This document shows positions 37,379 through 48,507 of a stretch of DNA of 64,000 bases, in pieces. This DNA comes from an uncultured bacterium (GTDB lineage Bacteria > Armatimonadota > DTGP01 > CAYSAW01): contig CAYSAW010000003.1 of assembly GCA_964429225.1 (NCBI GenBank), forward strand, positions 169,522 through 233,521, given 5' to 3'. The notes under the pieces are model-generated. The model saw nothing but the letters and a program-made list of their open reading frames with translations, did not search any database and was not told the origin of the DNA. A program made the position numbers and the translations under genes. Position 1 is the stretch's first letter. Every line of letters starts with the position of its first letter.

Positions 37379-38314
37379 ATGATTACTCCCGAAAAACAGT
37401 ATTCTTTAACTTCCGAACAAGTAGAATGTTATCGTGAAGAAGGTTATGTGTTGGTAGAAGGGGTCTTTACACCCGAGGAATGCGCTTACTTCCGAGAGGA
37501 AGCCCATCGCCTTGCCCAAAGGTTAGCAGAAGTTCACGCCGAAGGCGCCCGCTTCTCCGGCTGGGGAAGCGCCGCAAAAGTCACCGACCTCCCCCGGGAA
37601 TTGCTTCACTGCCACAACGTGCAATATCATAGCGCGGTCTTCTCCCGCCTTATTGTGGACCCTCGCTTAACCGACCGGGCCGCTGACCTCATCGGCCCCA
37701 ACATTCAACTGCATCACACCAAGCTGTTCATTAAACCGCCGGAGAAGGGTGCCCCTTTCCCAATGCACCAAGATTACCCTTACTTTCCCCACGAAAAACA
37801 CACAATGATGGCTGCTATCATCCACTTTGATGACGCCCCAGAAGAGAAGGGATGTGTTCGAGTGATACCAAGGAGTCACCGTTTAGGACCTCTAGAGCAC
37901 CTCACCGAAGGGGGTTTCCATCTCCCTGTAGAACAATATCCCCTCTCTTCCGCCCTCCCTCTTCCGGCAAAGGCAGGGGATATCCTCTTCTTCAATTACC
38001 TCACGATTCACGGTTCCGGAGTCAACACCAGCCAGGAAGCTCGAACAACCCTCCTTGTACAAATGCGAGACCCAACAGACCATCCTACTGTACTCACCCA
38101 CTTATCCCGAGGGCAAGGAATGATGCTAAGAGGCATTGACCCCGAAGCGGATGCAGGGGTCCACGTGTCATCGGAGTCCCGCTATGCCAAACAGCTGATC
38201 CGGCAAAAAGCCAAAGAGGGACCCGGTGAGAATCGTGGGGATGCGGAGTACCGCATCCCTATTGCTACGGAGGAGGACTCTAGGGCAGAACGAAGAGAGT
38301 TGTGGAATCCCTAG
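37379..38314 (+). CDS. phytanoyl-CoA dioxygenase (PhyH) family Fe(II)/2-oxoglutarate-dependent oxygenase
   Basis: HQDYPYF...H provides an HxD...H facial triad. Typical PhyH length. Confidence 0.8.
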   Translation: MITPEKQYSLTSEQVECYREEGYVLVEGVFTPEECAYFREEAHRLAQRLAEVHAEGARFSGWGSAAKVTDLPRELLHCHNVQYHSAVFSRLIVDPRLTDRAADLIGPNIQLHHTKLFIKPPEKGAPFPMHQDYPYFPHEKHTMMAAIIHFDDAPEEKGCVRVIPRSHRLGPLEHLTEGGFHLPVEQYPLSSALPLPAKAGDILFFNYLTIHGSGVNTSQEARTTLLVQMRDPTDHPTVLTHLSRGQGMMLRGIDPEADAGVHVSSESRYAKQLIRQKAKEGPGENRGDAEYRIPIATEEDSRAERRELWNP

Positions 38315-38333
38315 TTCCAGAGGAAAGATAACG

Positions 38334-39224
38334 ATGCAAGAACTCATCCGTGGTATTCTTCCTCCTCTAACCACCCCCTTTGACGAGGAGGAAGAAATTG
38401 ATGAAAAGGCTTTGCGGGCCGAAGTACGGTACCTCATTGAAGTGGCCCAGGTACACGGACTTGTGGTAGGTGGGAGTACCGGCGAAGGACACACTCTAAC
38501 CCCCGAAGAGGTCCGTCAAATTACCGCTATCACCCTGGAAGAAGTCCAAGGAAGAGTTCCGGTGATTACAGGGATCATCACCAATAGCACCAAATCCGCT
38601 ATAGAACGAGGAAAAGCCGTTGCAGACCTCGGAGTAACCGCCCTCCAGGTTACCCCTGTCCACTACCTCTTTCGGCCGGATGATCAAGCAATGCGGGATC
38701 ACTTTATGGCTATCACAGAGAACACAGGCCTGCCTCTTATTATCTACAATGTGGTCCCCTGGGCCTACCTCTCCCCCCAACTCCTTACCGAGATCGTCAC
38801 TGAAGTGGAAGGAGTGATCGGAGTTAAACAAAGTGCTGGCGACCTCAAGCTCCTTGCCGACCTTCTACTAATGCTTGGAGATCAAGGAGTAATCCTTTCC
38901 GCAGTAGACGCCCTACTCTACCCCTCCTTTGTCCTAGGCGCCCATGGAGCAGTCGCCGCAATCCTCACCGCAGTGCCTACCCTGGGTGTTGAACTATGGG
39001 AGGCAGTCCATCAGGGGAACCATTGTCGAGCCTTGGAACTCCACCAACATCTCTTACGCCTCTGGAACGCTCTCCAAGGAGACAATTTGCCAGCAAGGGT
39101 CAAATATGCGATGGAACTCCAGGGGCGACGAGGAGGTAAAGTGCGTGCCCCAATGTCCAAGGTCAATAGGGCCCAAGCTGAGGCGATCCGTAAAGCCCTC
39201 CAAATTGTAGGACTACTCTCCTAA
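38334..39224 (+). CDS. dihydrodipicolinate synthase / N-acetylneuraminate lyase family (DapA-like) aldolase
   Basis: VGGSTGEGHTLTPEE and the Schiff-base Lys region IGVKQSAGD. ORF from 38226, but the ATG at 38334 has an RBS. Confidence 0.85.
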   Translation: MQELIRGILPPLTTPFDEEEEIDEKALRAEVRYLIEVAQVHGLVVGGSTGEGHTLTPEEVRQITAITLEEVQGRVPVITGIITNSTKSAIERGKAVADLGVTALQVTPVHYLFRPDDQAMRDHFMAITENTGLPLIIYNVVPWAYLSPQLLTEIVTEVEGVIGVKQSAGDLKLLADLLLMLGDQGVILSAVDALLYPSFVLGAHGAVAAILTAVPTLGVELWEAVHQGNHCRALELHQHLLRLWNALQGDNLPARVKYAMELQGRRGGKVRAPMSKVNRAQAEAIRKALQIVGLLS

Positions 39225-39451
39225 GGGTGTTCCCCTCCCCTAGAATACTCCCCATTAGCTAGGTGAACCGGCTCTCTTCTTACACCCACATTAGTCCTCT
39301 TTTTTTACACTCCCTACATCACGAACAGATCAATCCCTCTCTCCCCTTCCCGAAAGGAGAAGAAAAAGCAACCGAGAACAACATTTTGGGAGTTTTCTCC
39401 CTAGCAGGATAAAGCTTAATCGAATATCCCTTTTGAGAAGGAGCTCTCTGG

Positions 39452-40990
39452 TTGCTAGCGCGGGTTTACTCTTCTGCCATCTACGGCATCGAAGGCTACA
39501 TTGTCGAGGTGGAAGCGGACATCTCCCCAGCAGGAATGCCCTATTTTGGGATCGTGGGTCTGCCGGATAAAGCGGTGCAAGAATCTCGAGAGCGAGTACG
39601 GGCAGCTATCCGGAATTCGGGATTATTCTTCCCTGGAGGGAATCGAATTGTTATCAATCTTGCTCCTGCAGATGTAAAGAAAGAAGGCCCTGGCTTAGAT
39701 CTCCCCATTGCTCTAGGTATTCTCAGTGCCACCGAACAGCTCTCCGCTCCCGACTTGGAGGATTGGGTTTTTCTCGGAGAACTCGCTCTCGATGGCTCGG
39801 TCCGGCCGGTAAACGGCGTCCTGCCCATCGCTTTAGCAGCTCGCCGAGCCGGCAAGAGTTATCTAGCTGTACCCACCGATAATGCACCAGAAGCAGCAGT
39901 AGTTGGCTCAATGAAAGTGTACGCCATACAAAGCCTAACAGAACTCGTTCAACTGCTTCAAAACCCCCAAGAACGAAAACCTGTCCCCCCAATAGCGGTG
40001 GAGAACTTGTTAAGTGACCCTTGCTATGAAGCGGACTTCGCCGATGTAAAAGGGCAGGAACATGCCAAACGGGCCTTGGAAGTTGCTGCCGCTGGTGCCC
40101 ATAACATTATTATGATCGGCCCACCAGGCTCCGGGAAAACAATGCTGGCCCGACGTATTCCGGGAATTTTACCCCCGATGACTCTGGAGGAGGCTCTGGA
40201 AGTCACCAAGCTGTACAGCGTAACTGGGCGTCTTCCTGCTAAAACCTCCTTAATCACTACTCGCCCTTTCCGTTCTCCTCACCACACAGTAAGTAACGCT
40301 GGATTGATTGGAGGGGGAAGTACTCCTCAGCCAGGAGAGGTCAGCTTGGCCCACCACGGTGTCCTCTTCTTAGACGAACTCCCCGAATTCAAGCGAGATG
40401 TACTCGAAGTCCTCCGCCAACCTCTAGAGGATGGCGTTGTAACAATCTCGCGAGCAGCCGGAAGTCTCTCCTACCCCGCCCAATTTATCTTGGTGGGCGC
40501 AATGAATCCCTGCCCCTGTGGATTTCTTACTGACCCCTCTAAAAACTGCACCTGCTCTCCTTCCGCCGTTCAACGCTATCTCATGCGTATCTCCGGCCCC
40601 CTCCTGGACCGAATTGACCTACATATTGAAGTACCTCGCCTTAAGCAGGAAGAACTCCTGGGGAAACCCTCCTCCGCCTCTTCGGCAGAAATCCGACAAC
40701 GCGTAACGCAAGCGCGCCAAAAACAACAGAAGCGCTTTAGAGGGTTGGGCATCTTCGCCAACGGACAGATGAAGTCCCGGCATATCCGAGAGTTCTGTAA
40801 AGTTGACTCCCAAGGTATGGCCCTGCTCCGTACAGCGGTTCAACAACTCAACCTCTCTGCCCGGGCCTATGACCGTATCCTCAAAGTAGCTCGTACCATC
40901 GCTGATTTGGCAGGGTGTGAGGAGATTGAGGTCAGTCACATCGCTGAGGCGATTCAATATCGGAGTATGGACCGTAGGCTATGGCTGTAA
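39452..40990 (+). CDS. YifB/ComM-family Mg-chelatase-like AAA+ ATPase
   Basis: N-terminal Lon-like domain, Walker A GPPGSGKT, sensor regions, and the C-terminal ChlI-like domain. TTG start with an AAGGAG RBS. Confidence 0.9.
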   Translation: MLARVYSSAIYGIEGYIVEVEADISPAGMPYFGIVGLPDKAVQESRERVRAAIRNSGLFFPGGNRIVINLAPADVKKEGPGLDLPIALGILSATEQLSAPDLEDWVFLGELALDGSVRPVNGVLPIALAARRAGKSYLAVPTDNAPEAAVVGSMKVYAIQSLTELVQLLQNPQERKPVPPIAVENLLSDPCYEADFADVKGQEHAKRALEVAAAGAHNIIMIGPPGSGKTMLARRIPGILPPMTLEEALEVTKLYSVTGRLPAKTSLITTRPFRSPHHTVSNAGLIGGGSTPQPGEVSLAHHGVLFLDELPEFKRDVLEVLRQPLEDGVVTISRAAGSLSYPAQFILVGAMNPCPCGFLTDPSKNCTCSPSAVQRYLMRISGPLLDRIDLHIEVPRLKQEELLGKPSSASSAEIRQRVTQARQKQQKRFRGLGIFANGQMKSRHIREFCKVDSQGMALLRTAVQQLNLSARAYDRILKVARTIADLAGCEEIEVSHIAEAIQYRSMDRRLWL

Positions 40991-40999
40991 CCTCCACCT

Positions 41000-42286
41000 T
41001 CACTCCTTGCGGTCAAGCACTAGAAAGGACTCGAGGTGAGGAGTCCGAGGGAAGAAGTTATACAACCGGCGCCACACAACACGATAACTATCACAGAGAA
41101 GGCAGACATCCCGGGCCTGGGTTGAGGGGTTGCAGGAGAGGTAGAGGAGACGTTTGGGCCGCTCTTTCAAGATCTTCTTCACCACCTTAGGATGCAGGCC
41201 CGCCCGGGGAGGATCCAGAATTAATACCCGATGGGGTTGAATCTCCTCCAACAACTTCTCCGCTCGACCCGCTCGAACCTCAAACTTACCCTCTAAGCCA
41301 TTCAAAAGAATGTTCTGCTTCGCAAAGTTAATGGCCTGTTGATCACTCTCCACCAATATACAATGCTGGATCCTCTCACTTAGGGCGATCCCAATACTGC
41401 CTACTCCACTGTAGTAATCCACTACCTCATCGTTCTCGACAAAAACCTGCATATCCCTTAAAGCTTGCTCAAAAACGGGAAGATTAATCTGGAAAAAGCT
41501 TAAAAGTCCGTACCGAAGGCGCTTTTCCAACACCGTTTCCACCAATTCCTCTTCCCCCTCGGTAAAAAGGAGAGCAGTAGGAACAGAAGCAGGCGTTCTG
41601 GGGTCAGAGAAGAAGAGTGAGAGCCCCTTCAGCGGAGCCTCTAGGGAGATCCGGTCCCTCAGGCGGAAATACGGATCGGAGACAAAGAGGCCAGCAATCA
41701 CCTCTCCGAGCCGATTGCTTCGGAGGATTAACGATTTTAACTGACTAGCTTTTGCCTGCTGATCCTTCAACCAGCGGCCGAGGATTACTCCTGCTTGTAG
41801 AATCGATGCCTGAGCAAGGCAACAACCGGTTACAGGGATGACCTCCCAGCTCCCGCGCTTGAAAAAGCCCAAACAAAGACCTTCCGCCGTCTCTGTAAAA
41901 CTGAATTCCATCTTATTCCGATAACCGAAGGCTACACCATCGGTGTAAACCTCCACATCCTCTAAATCCAAGCCTCCTATCCCCCGGAAAGTCTCCTTGG
42001 TTATCTCACCTTTCCACCAAAGCTCCTGATCATCAGCGAGAATCTGCCAAGGACTACAGGAGAGAAAGTGATCCTCCACAGGTTCCCGACGCTCCGGGGA
42101 TGGTTTTAAAATCTGAACTGCAATCCCTTCTGCATAGGTTCGCTTCTTCTTGATTAAATCTACCAACACCCGCTCCCCTGGAAGGGCATTCCAGCAGAAA
42201 ACAATTCGTCCACTGCCATCTCTACCTAAACCCTGACCCCCAAACACTAATTTCTCGACCATTACTTCCTTGAAGGTTTTTTCCAT
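41000..42286 (-). CDS. TRAM-domain 23S rRNA (uracil-5)-methyltransferase, RlmD/RumA family
   Basis: N-terminal TRAM domain (GGQGLGR...GERVLVD) and a C-terminal SAM MTase domain with the catalytic Cys region. The likely start is MEKTF; the longer ORF reaches 42394. Confidence 0.8.
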   Translation of the reverse strand: MEKTFKEVMVEKLVFGGQGLGRDGSGRIVFCWNALPGERVLVDLIKKKRTYAEGIAVQILKPSPERREPVEDHFLSCSPWQILADDQELWWKGEITKETFRGIGGLDLEDVEVYTDGVAFGYRNKMEFSFTETAEGLCLGFFKRGSWEVIPVTGCCLAQASILQAGVILGRWLKDQQAKASQLKSLILRSNRLGEVIAGLFVSDPYFRLRDRISLEAPLKGLSLFFSDPRTPASVPTALLFTEGEEELVETVLEKRLRYGLLSFFQINLPVFEQALRDMQVFVENDEVVDYYSGVGSIGIALSERIQHCILVESDQQAINFAKQNILLNGLEGKFEVRAGRAEKLLEEIQPHRVLILDPPRAGLHPKVVKKILKERPKRLLYLSCNPSTQARDVCLLCDSYRVVWRRLYNFFPRTPHLESFLVLDRKE

Positions 42287-42418
42287 CGCAGAAGCTTCCC
42301 TTTCAACCAATAGAAACACTCCGCTTAGGATGAACAAGCTTACTTTCCACGACCATATCGGAGATGAGGAAAAAATCAAGTCTCGAATCGGCAATTGTCA
42401 ATCGCTTTTCCCTTCCTT

Positions 42419-44800
42419 TTATTTCGGCGTAAAGAGGAAGGGACGCGAAATCAGTCCCCCTGCTGATTGCGCGGGGTTTAACCCTGTACTAACCCGAAGG
42501 ACGATCACGTTAGTCATACCTGGACGCAGGGCTTTAGTGACTTCCACTTCCATCGGCGTGGGACGAACATAGGCCTCCATATAAGGACGATGGCCAATAT
42601 ATTTCCCATTGACCCAACACCATGCCTCTGTCTCCACAGTAGGCACATAAAGTATTACCTTCTTCCCTTTTGCCGAATTAGGAACGTTGACTTTAAACCG
42701 GTACCAAAGGTAACCGACATAGGGGTATCCTTGCTGATCTATATAGCCCTGACAATAAAAGGGTTTAGTTACTAAAATAGGTTTCCAACCCGCTTCGTTA
42801 AGGCGCTGATGGTACCATCCAGCAAAAATCCCTTCGTCGTGGGGATCAGTGTGGAACAGTGCCCTTTCGGGCAAGAAGGTTACCAACTCTCCAGTCTTTC
42901 CTGAAGTCATATTTGCTAACGACTGATAAAATTTCTGCCGATCTAAAACACCCCAATACCAAATGCCGGAGTGGTAGCGGGTTTCGTCAAACCAGATATA
43001 GAAGGGGTTAATCGCGTAAAGTTGCCGGCGCAGTTTCATCATTCGTTCCGCCTGTCGTTCTGCCTCAGCGAAATTCCCCTTTGCCTCTGCCCTGTTCATC
43101 GCTACATAGGCCCGAAGATGCTCGTAGATAAGTCGATCCGCTCGAACGTGCAGCCGAGCCCGTTCTGTATCGGCAAGTCGCTCCGCTTGGGCAAGGTACT
43201 TCTGCAGTATCGCTAGCAGTTCCGGCGTATAGACCTCAGGCAGGATCCGGTCTTCGTGCCCATGCATCGGTGTCTTCTCAATAGTCTCCTCAATAGTATC
43301 ATAAAAGGCCCGCATAGGCTGAGCAGCCTTACCGTACCAATGGGCATAGAAATCCTTCAAGATAGCCTCTCCATCGGCGTTAGCGTTCCACTCCAGTTGA
43401 GCACGAAGGTAACGACTAGCAATACCACACTCTGCCCACACATTACGCGCTTCGTCAAAGAAACCGATAACCCCCCACTTCTTCAGCAGAGGAAAATCTC
43501 GGCGCAGTTTGCGGGTCTCTGGCAAGGGTGTCAGTGCTGACACCAGCATTTGCTCATTATATCCGTAAACCCAAACGTTCTTGCTTAACTCGCACCAACG
43601 CTTTAACATCTGCCCCTGCCGAACTTTCTGCCAGCAGTGAGGGTCATCGTAAGCATGTAAAGTACAACTCCATATAGCGGCGAACATCACAACAATGTGG
43701 TCATCCAGCTGGATACCCTGGGGAGGAAGGTTCCGGTTGGCATATCCGTTGGTTGCTATATAGACTTCAGGAAACTCCTTACGCACTTCAGCGGTAACCC
43801 GGTTGACAAAGGAAAACCATTCCTCACTAATGCTCACTTCACCCGGAACCCCCGGCCGGCCTAACAGATCTACAAACCCTTGATTTAAGCGAACCGTCTC
43901 CGGGCTGTAATCCCGGGGCAACCCATCGTCAGGGGCAAAACCGTAGGAGTTAGCACCCGGATTTTTGCGGAAGAAGTCTTTAATAATACCAGAAGCAATT
44001 TCAACTGCTTTGGGGTGAGTCAAGTTAGGGAGATAAGGGTTACGACTGCCATCGAGGTTCATCGCAAAGTATTCAGGATGCTCCTTGAAATACTGGTCTG
44101 CCGGTAAAATGTTCCGAGCGCTGCTGTCGGCGGGAATAGCGAACATCGGATCAGGATTCATCTTATTGCGGATCTTCCAACGACGCTCCTGCTCCGCCAG
44201 ATCTGGGGAAATATGTACCCACCAATTGCGCATAATGAAATCAGGACGCTCTCGCACAAACAATTCTGGGACAACAATGGTGCTCCGCTTCGGCACATAT
44301 TCACCATACTCGCCAGGCATAAACCAACGGACCCCAAGGCGGTTCAAGAAGTCGTAGACTGCATACTCTGTACCGTGATAAGGCCCTTCATCATTGCCCG
44401 CCAGCACTAAGCGATTACCCCGACAAAGAATGATGAACCCTTCTTCCCGACGAGCGTTGGTCAACCCCGAAGGGATAGACGCCTTCATTACCTCGGTAAA
44501 CCGGCTTTTGCCTATAAGAAGCAAAAGGCCTTTCGGGTTTTGGCTATCAGGAACGATGGGAAGCTTCGCTCCCGAAATTTTCTCAAGGTATCGCTGTAAC
44601 TCCTCGGCTGCCATCTTCACTTTTTCGTTGGCCTTGGCCGAAATAACGATCACCGCCTTGGGTTGGCCATTCACCACAAGGGCTAACCCTTTGGCGCTAG
44701 CCTTTCCTAGCAGGCAAAGGATTCCTAAAACAGTTACCTCGGCAAAAACTTTTATACCTCTTTGTCTTAGGACTGCTACGAGATATGCAACGGGAACCAT
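42419..44800 (-). CDS. secreted DUF4838-like putative glycoside hydrolase with a C-terminal galactose-binding-like domain
   Basis: Signal peptide. The N-terminus GQPKAVIVISAKANEKVKMAAEELQRYLEKISGAKLPIV matches the DUF4838 signature start. A C-terminal beta-sandwich is likely. Confidence 0.5.
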   Translation of the reverse strand: MVPVAYLVAVLRQRGIKVFAEVTVLGILCLLGKASAKGLALVVNGQPKAVIVISAKANEKVKMAAEELQRYLEKISGAKLPIVPDSQNPKGLLLLIGKSRFTEVMKASIPSGLTNARREEGFIILCRGNRLVLAGNDEGPYHGTEYAVYDFLNRLGVRWFMPGEYGEYVPKRSTIVVPELFVRERPDFIMRNWWVHISPDLAEQERRWKIRNKMNPDPMFAIPADSSARNILPADQYFKEHPEYFAMNLDGSRNPYLPNLTHPKAVEIASGIIKDFFRKNPGANSYGFAPDDGLPRDYSPETVRLNQGFVDLLGRPGVPGEVSISEEWFSFVNRVTAEVRKEFPEVYIATNGYANRNLPPQGIQLDDHIVVMFAAIWSCTLHAYDDPHCWQKVRQGQMLKRWCELSKNVWVYGYNEQMLVSALTPLPETRKLRRDFPLLKKWGVIGFFDEARNVWAECGIASRYLRAQLEWNANADGEAILKDFYAHWYGKAAQPMRAFYDTIEETIEKTPMHGHEDRILPEVYTPELLAILQKYLAQAERLADTERARLHVRADRLIYEHLRAYVAMNRAEAKGNFAEAERQAERMMKLRRQLYAINPFYIWFDETRYHSGIWYWGVLDRQKFYQSLANMTSGKTGELVTFLPERALFHTDPHDEGIFAGWYHQRLNEAGWKPILVTKPFYCQGYIDQQGYPYVGYLWYRFKVNVPNSAKGKKVILYVPTVETEAWCWVNGKYIGHRPYMEAYVRPTPMEVEVTKALRPGMTNVIVLRVSTGLNPAQSAGGLISRPFLFTPK

Positions 44801-44832
44801 CTTACCCCCCGCTCCTCCTCTAGGATAGAATT

Positions 44833-47800
44833 TTAAGGACGTTCTCCTTCTGATTGGCTTAACGCCACGGTCACAAAGCTTCGAGCGGAGATAGCCACTT
44901 CCACCGCGCCTTGCCGAAGGGAAAGTCGCTTTTGCGGTTTGCCCAACAGATCAGTTTGCCATGCCTGCTGGATGTGCAGACCAGGCAAAGTACACCGAAC
45001 TTGAATACGCTGAAAGGTTGGATTGTAAAGCCGGACGAACAACCGTGCCCCGTCGCGTATTATCCCACCAACGACAACCGTTTCAGGTTCAATCCGTAAT
45101 AACGATGCCATCGGTAGCTCAGGTGATTTCGTAAGCCATCCTTCTTGTTCACCGTCCCTCCACACCGCTTCATCGCCACCTTTTCGAGGGTCGGGCATCG
45201 TCACTAATCTTTCCCACCCAAACTTGGTTGCCCGAAGGGGGTCGAACCTCCCTAGATCGAAGCTCACCGAAAAGGCAAACACCAAGTCACCGCCTTGCTC
45301 CGCTTTGTAGTTCGTATCCCAGTAGTTGTTGAGCACATATGCGAACAACCAACCGTTGATATGATCGAGCTTACTGCGCCATCGTCCTTTAAAGAAATCG
45401 TTCACTGTAAGCAAAGGAGTATGAGGCATTGCCAAATATGCAGTCACTGAACCATCGCTTACCGCTGCAAAGCTATGAGTGGCGAACCATTCTCGACACC
45501 CCCCAGGCAACTGCTCTTTCTCCACTTGAAGCACCCCGTAGGGCAACTCTACAAACGCCTGCCCTTTTTCTGGATACTGCAGTTTGAATGGAAAAGCAAA
45601 ATAACCTGCCTCTTTTGCCGTTGTTGGTTCTTTGTGCAAGACGTTCAAAAAAGTCAGCCGTCTATCCGGCTGAACGATGACCCAGGTGTCAACGGGTGGC
45701 GTTTTTTCGCCGCGCCGGCGAAGGCACAACACTGCTAGAACCGGCCCATTTTCCACTAACTGTACTTGCGTCTGCGTATGGGTATAAACCTGAAACCTCG
45801 GTTCGGCGAGATGCTCCCGAACCAGCCGCGTCCCTTCCCCTCCCAATACATAAAGGAACTGGTTTAAGCCATAACCGCTTTGGACATCTACCCACTCGCG
45901 CCTTGACCAACGGTCTCGCAAGCTGATGACTGCGCCTGTCTTGGGATCAAAACGCAACTGGAAGTCGGGCGTTTCCCACATCCACTCACCACCACCCTGC
46001 TTCAGTAGCAGACCTGCTTGTAGTGCAGAGTCCTTGCCGATATCTCGATCATTAGAAGCGGGTGCTTCCAACAAATAGCTGCGATAACCCAGCGGTGGGA
46101 CCTGCTCCGCTATGAAGAATAACCGCCCGTCTTGCTTTTGAACGGGTAGTAAGCGTTGAGTGACAGCATCACGAACTCGCACAGATGATTGATCCTTGGG
46201 CAAGCGAACACTAACCAAAATGTCACGGGACCAAGACAAATCATTCCAAACGACAACAGCTTGCCTAGAGCCACTGTAGCGCAGGCCATTAGCTTGGGTC
46301 ACAGACCTTGCCAACATTCCCGCCTTTTTCGCCGCCCGCTCCGCGAACGCCGCCTTGATCGCCCATTGGTGGCGGGTTTGCTCGTGATAAGGCTCAGAGA
46401 TACTACACCAAGCACCCCAGGTATGCTCGTCATAAAAGAGCACTTCATCCCAGGCATCTTGGATAGTGTCCACAGGGAAAACATAACTGGGGTTGTGGAA
46501 GGACATTAAGGCGTAGCGCCGCTGAGCCGCTTCTAGATCCGTTTTTGCCCAGCGCACCAATGAGGTTTCATAAGCTGACGAAGCAGCACCGTCCTCCCAA
46601 TAGACACCCATATCACCCCGGAAGACGGGTAGCACCTTAGCAAACTTCCTTTCCACATAGCGGAAGAACTCGTCCACCCGCGTGAGGAGGATTTGAGGGT
46701 AGTCCCACTGCTTGTTCCACTCCCAAACAACCTCAGCATAACGTGGATCTAGCGGTTCATTGTCACCGAATGCACCATAAACGAAAACAGCGTCATAAGG
46801 ATAATCCTCTCGGTCAAATCCACGCAGCCACAGAGGGAGGCGACGGATGGTTTCCTCTACACTACGTGTTAACCCTAACTCCGACGCTTGGGCATAACCC
46901 TGAGTGAAGATCGCCAGAATTCGTGAGCCATCTAGCCCCTCCCACCAAAAAGGTGACTGCTGAAGCTGGCGAGGAGCATAACGAAAAACGGGGGCGCGAT
47001 GTTGGTTGACTCCTTCGGCAAAGTAGCGAATGCCAGCTTGTGAAAGTAACATAGGCATTGTTCCGACAGAAGTCGGTACATCGGTCAGGATAGCAGACTC
47101 CACACGGAACCTATGCTCTTGCCCCAACGCCTGCGCTCGCGTCAACGCTTGCACCAGCTCTTCACCTGAGCAAAGCCCGGTCAACATATTCAGGTATAAG
47201 CCCTGCAACCCTATACGCCCCTCCCGAACACGTTCCATCAATCGCTCAAATGGTCTTTGGCTGTGCCGACGGAAAAGGAATGCCTGAAACGCTACCTCTA
47301 GGTTCCACTTGAACAACGGGTTCCTAGCACATGCTTCTAAAGCGGCAGTGGTGTTTTCGTTGTGTCGAACAAAAACACGTTCTTGAAAATCAGTGTAGCC
47401 AATGTCCGTATGAGTGGATGGAGTGATGAAAACCTTCCATCGGCGCTCTTTATGTCCTTCAAACTCGGTATGGCGTTCCTGGGAACCGACCTGTACGGAG
47501 AGCCGCACTCGTTCGGATCCCTTAAAGGGCGAAACGAACAGGTAGAAAGTATTACTACCCGGGAGCAGATGTACAGTTTGCCTCAACTTTCTAGCACCGC
47601 TGAGGCGCACTATTCCGGAACCCTCTAACCCAACATTGTCCAAAATCACCCGAATTGCTTGCCTTAACTTTCCGCTTACTCGTTTGAAGAACATCGTGGA
47701 CTCCACGCTCACACTGGCGATTTCAGGCCCTTGCGGCATTATTAAGCCTCCTTCCAGCCAAAGAGCATCATAGAGCAGCCAGCTCCCTGCAACAGTAGTA

Positions 47801-48312
47801 AGGGTTATGTAATTACGTCCTGGCTGTAAGTAATGAGCGGGAAAAAACAAAGGCAGAACAAACTCTTGGCCAATGCTAGGGTTCGCCAAAGCACGCTCAT
47901 CCGTACCTCTAGGCAACTGAAAGCAGTAATGAGCCTTAGCGTTGATATCAATTTCCAACAAGGGTGGATCAACAGGATGGGTGTTCACAAAGTCTAAAGT
48001 GAAACGGCAAGCACCTGAGGGGGCTGCTGAAAGGTTAAACTCTATACGAAAGGAATGTTGCCGAGATCCCGCCCAAAAGTCGGCGGGACCGGGGTGGATA
48101 AACGACCAATCGCGCTCCGGTCGGCTTTGCCCCAACTGAAAGACAACGTCCCGAGGAAAGCGATAGGAATACTCAGTGTAGCGCCCAGCTCCAGCGAACT
48201 CTCCGTAGCGATTATCAGCCACACCGATACTCCAAAGAACTTCAGCACTCACTCCACTTGTCACCATCATCCAGAGCCATACGCCTAACCATCTGCCCCT
48301 TCGCTTAACCAA
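44833..48312 (-). CDS. large secreted glycoside hydrolase, probably GH38 alpha-mannosidase-like
   Basis: Signal peptide (TTG start with a GGAGG RBS). FITPSTHTDIGYT and VREGRIGLQGLY resemble GH38 N-terminal-domain motifs. The family is not certain. Confidence 0.45.
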   Translation of the reverse strand: MVKRRGRWLGVWLWMMVTSGVSAEVLWSIGVADNRYGEFAGAGRYTEYSYRFPRDVVFQLGQSRPERDWSFIHPGPADFWAGSRQHSFRIEFNLSAAPSGACRFTLDFVNTHPVDPPLLEIDINAKAHYCFQLPRGTDERALANPSIGQEFVLPLFFPAHYLQPGRNYITLTTVAGSWLLYDALWLEGGLIMPQGPEIASVSVESTMFFKRVSGKLRQAIRVILDNVGLEGSGIVRLSGARKLRQTVHLLPGSNTFYLFVSPFKGSERVRLSVQVGSQERHTEFEGHKERRWKVFITPSTHTDIGYTDFQERVFVRHNENTTAALEACARNPLFKWNLEVAFQAFLFRRHSQRPFERLMERVREGRIGLQGLYLNMLTGLCSGEELVQALTRAQALGQEHRFRVESAILTDVPTSVGTMPMLLSQAGIRYFAEGVNQHRAPVFRYAPRQLQQSPFWWEGLDGSRILAIFTQGYAQASELGLTRSVEETIRRLPLWLRGFDREDYPYDAVFVYGAFGDNEPLDPRYAEVVWEWNKQWDYPQILLTRVDEFFRYVERKFAKVLPVFRGDMGVYWEDGAASSAYETSLVRWAKTDLEAAQRRYALMSFHNPSYVFPVDTIQDAWDEVLFYDEHTWGAWCSISEPYHEQTRHQWAIKAAFAERAAKKAGMLARSVTQANGLRYSGSRQAVVVWNDLSWSRDILVSVRLPKDQSSVRVRDAVTQRLLPVQKQDGRLFFIAEQVPPLGYRSYLLEAPASNDRDIGKDSALQAGLLLKQGGGEWMWETPDFQLRFDPKTGAVISLRDRWSRREWVDVQSGYGLNQFLYVLGGEGTRLVREHLAEPRFQVYTHTQTQVQLVENGPVLAVLCLRRRGEKTPPVDTWVIVQPDRRLTFLNVLHKEPTTAKEAGYFAFPFKLQYPEKGQAFVELPYGVLQVEKEQLPGGCREWFATHSFAAVSDGSVTAYLAMPHTPLLTVNDFFKGRWRSKLDHINGWLFAYVLNNYWDTNYKAEQGGDLVFAFSVSFDLGRFDPLRATKFGWERLVTMPDPRKGGDEAVWRDGEQEGWLTKSPELPMASLLRIEPETVVVGGIIRDGARLFVRLYNPTFQRIQVRCTLPGLHIQQAWQTDLLGKPQKRLSLRQGAVEVAISARSFVTVALSQSEGERP

Positions 48313-48507
48313 CTTTCTCCCCTCCTACTGTGGTCACCGCCCGCATTATACCGCAAAACTCAAGAGGCGTTAAGAGAGACCAGAGAGCTAGCTAGTAGGA
48401 ATAAGATCCTGGAAAGGACAGGCATAAAAATTCAATAGGAGAAGATCAAAAGATTATGGAAGAAAAATCAGGAGAGAGAAACAAACCCCTGAAGTGGGAG
48501 ACTAAAA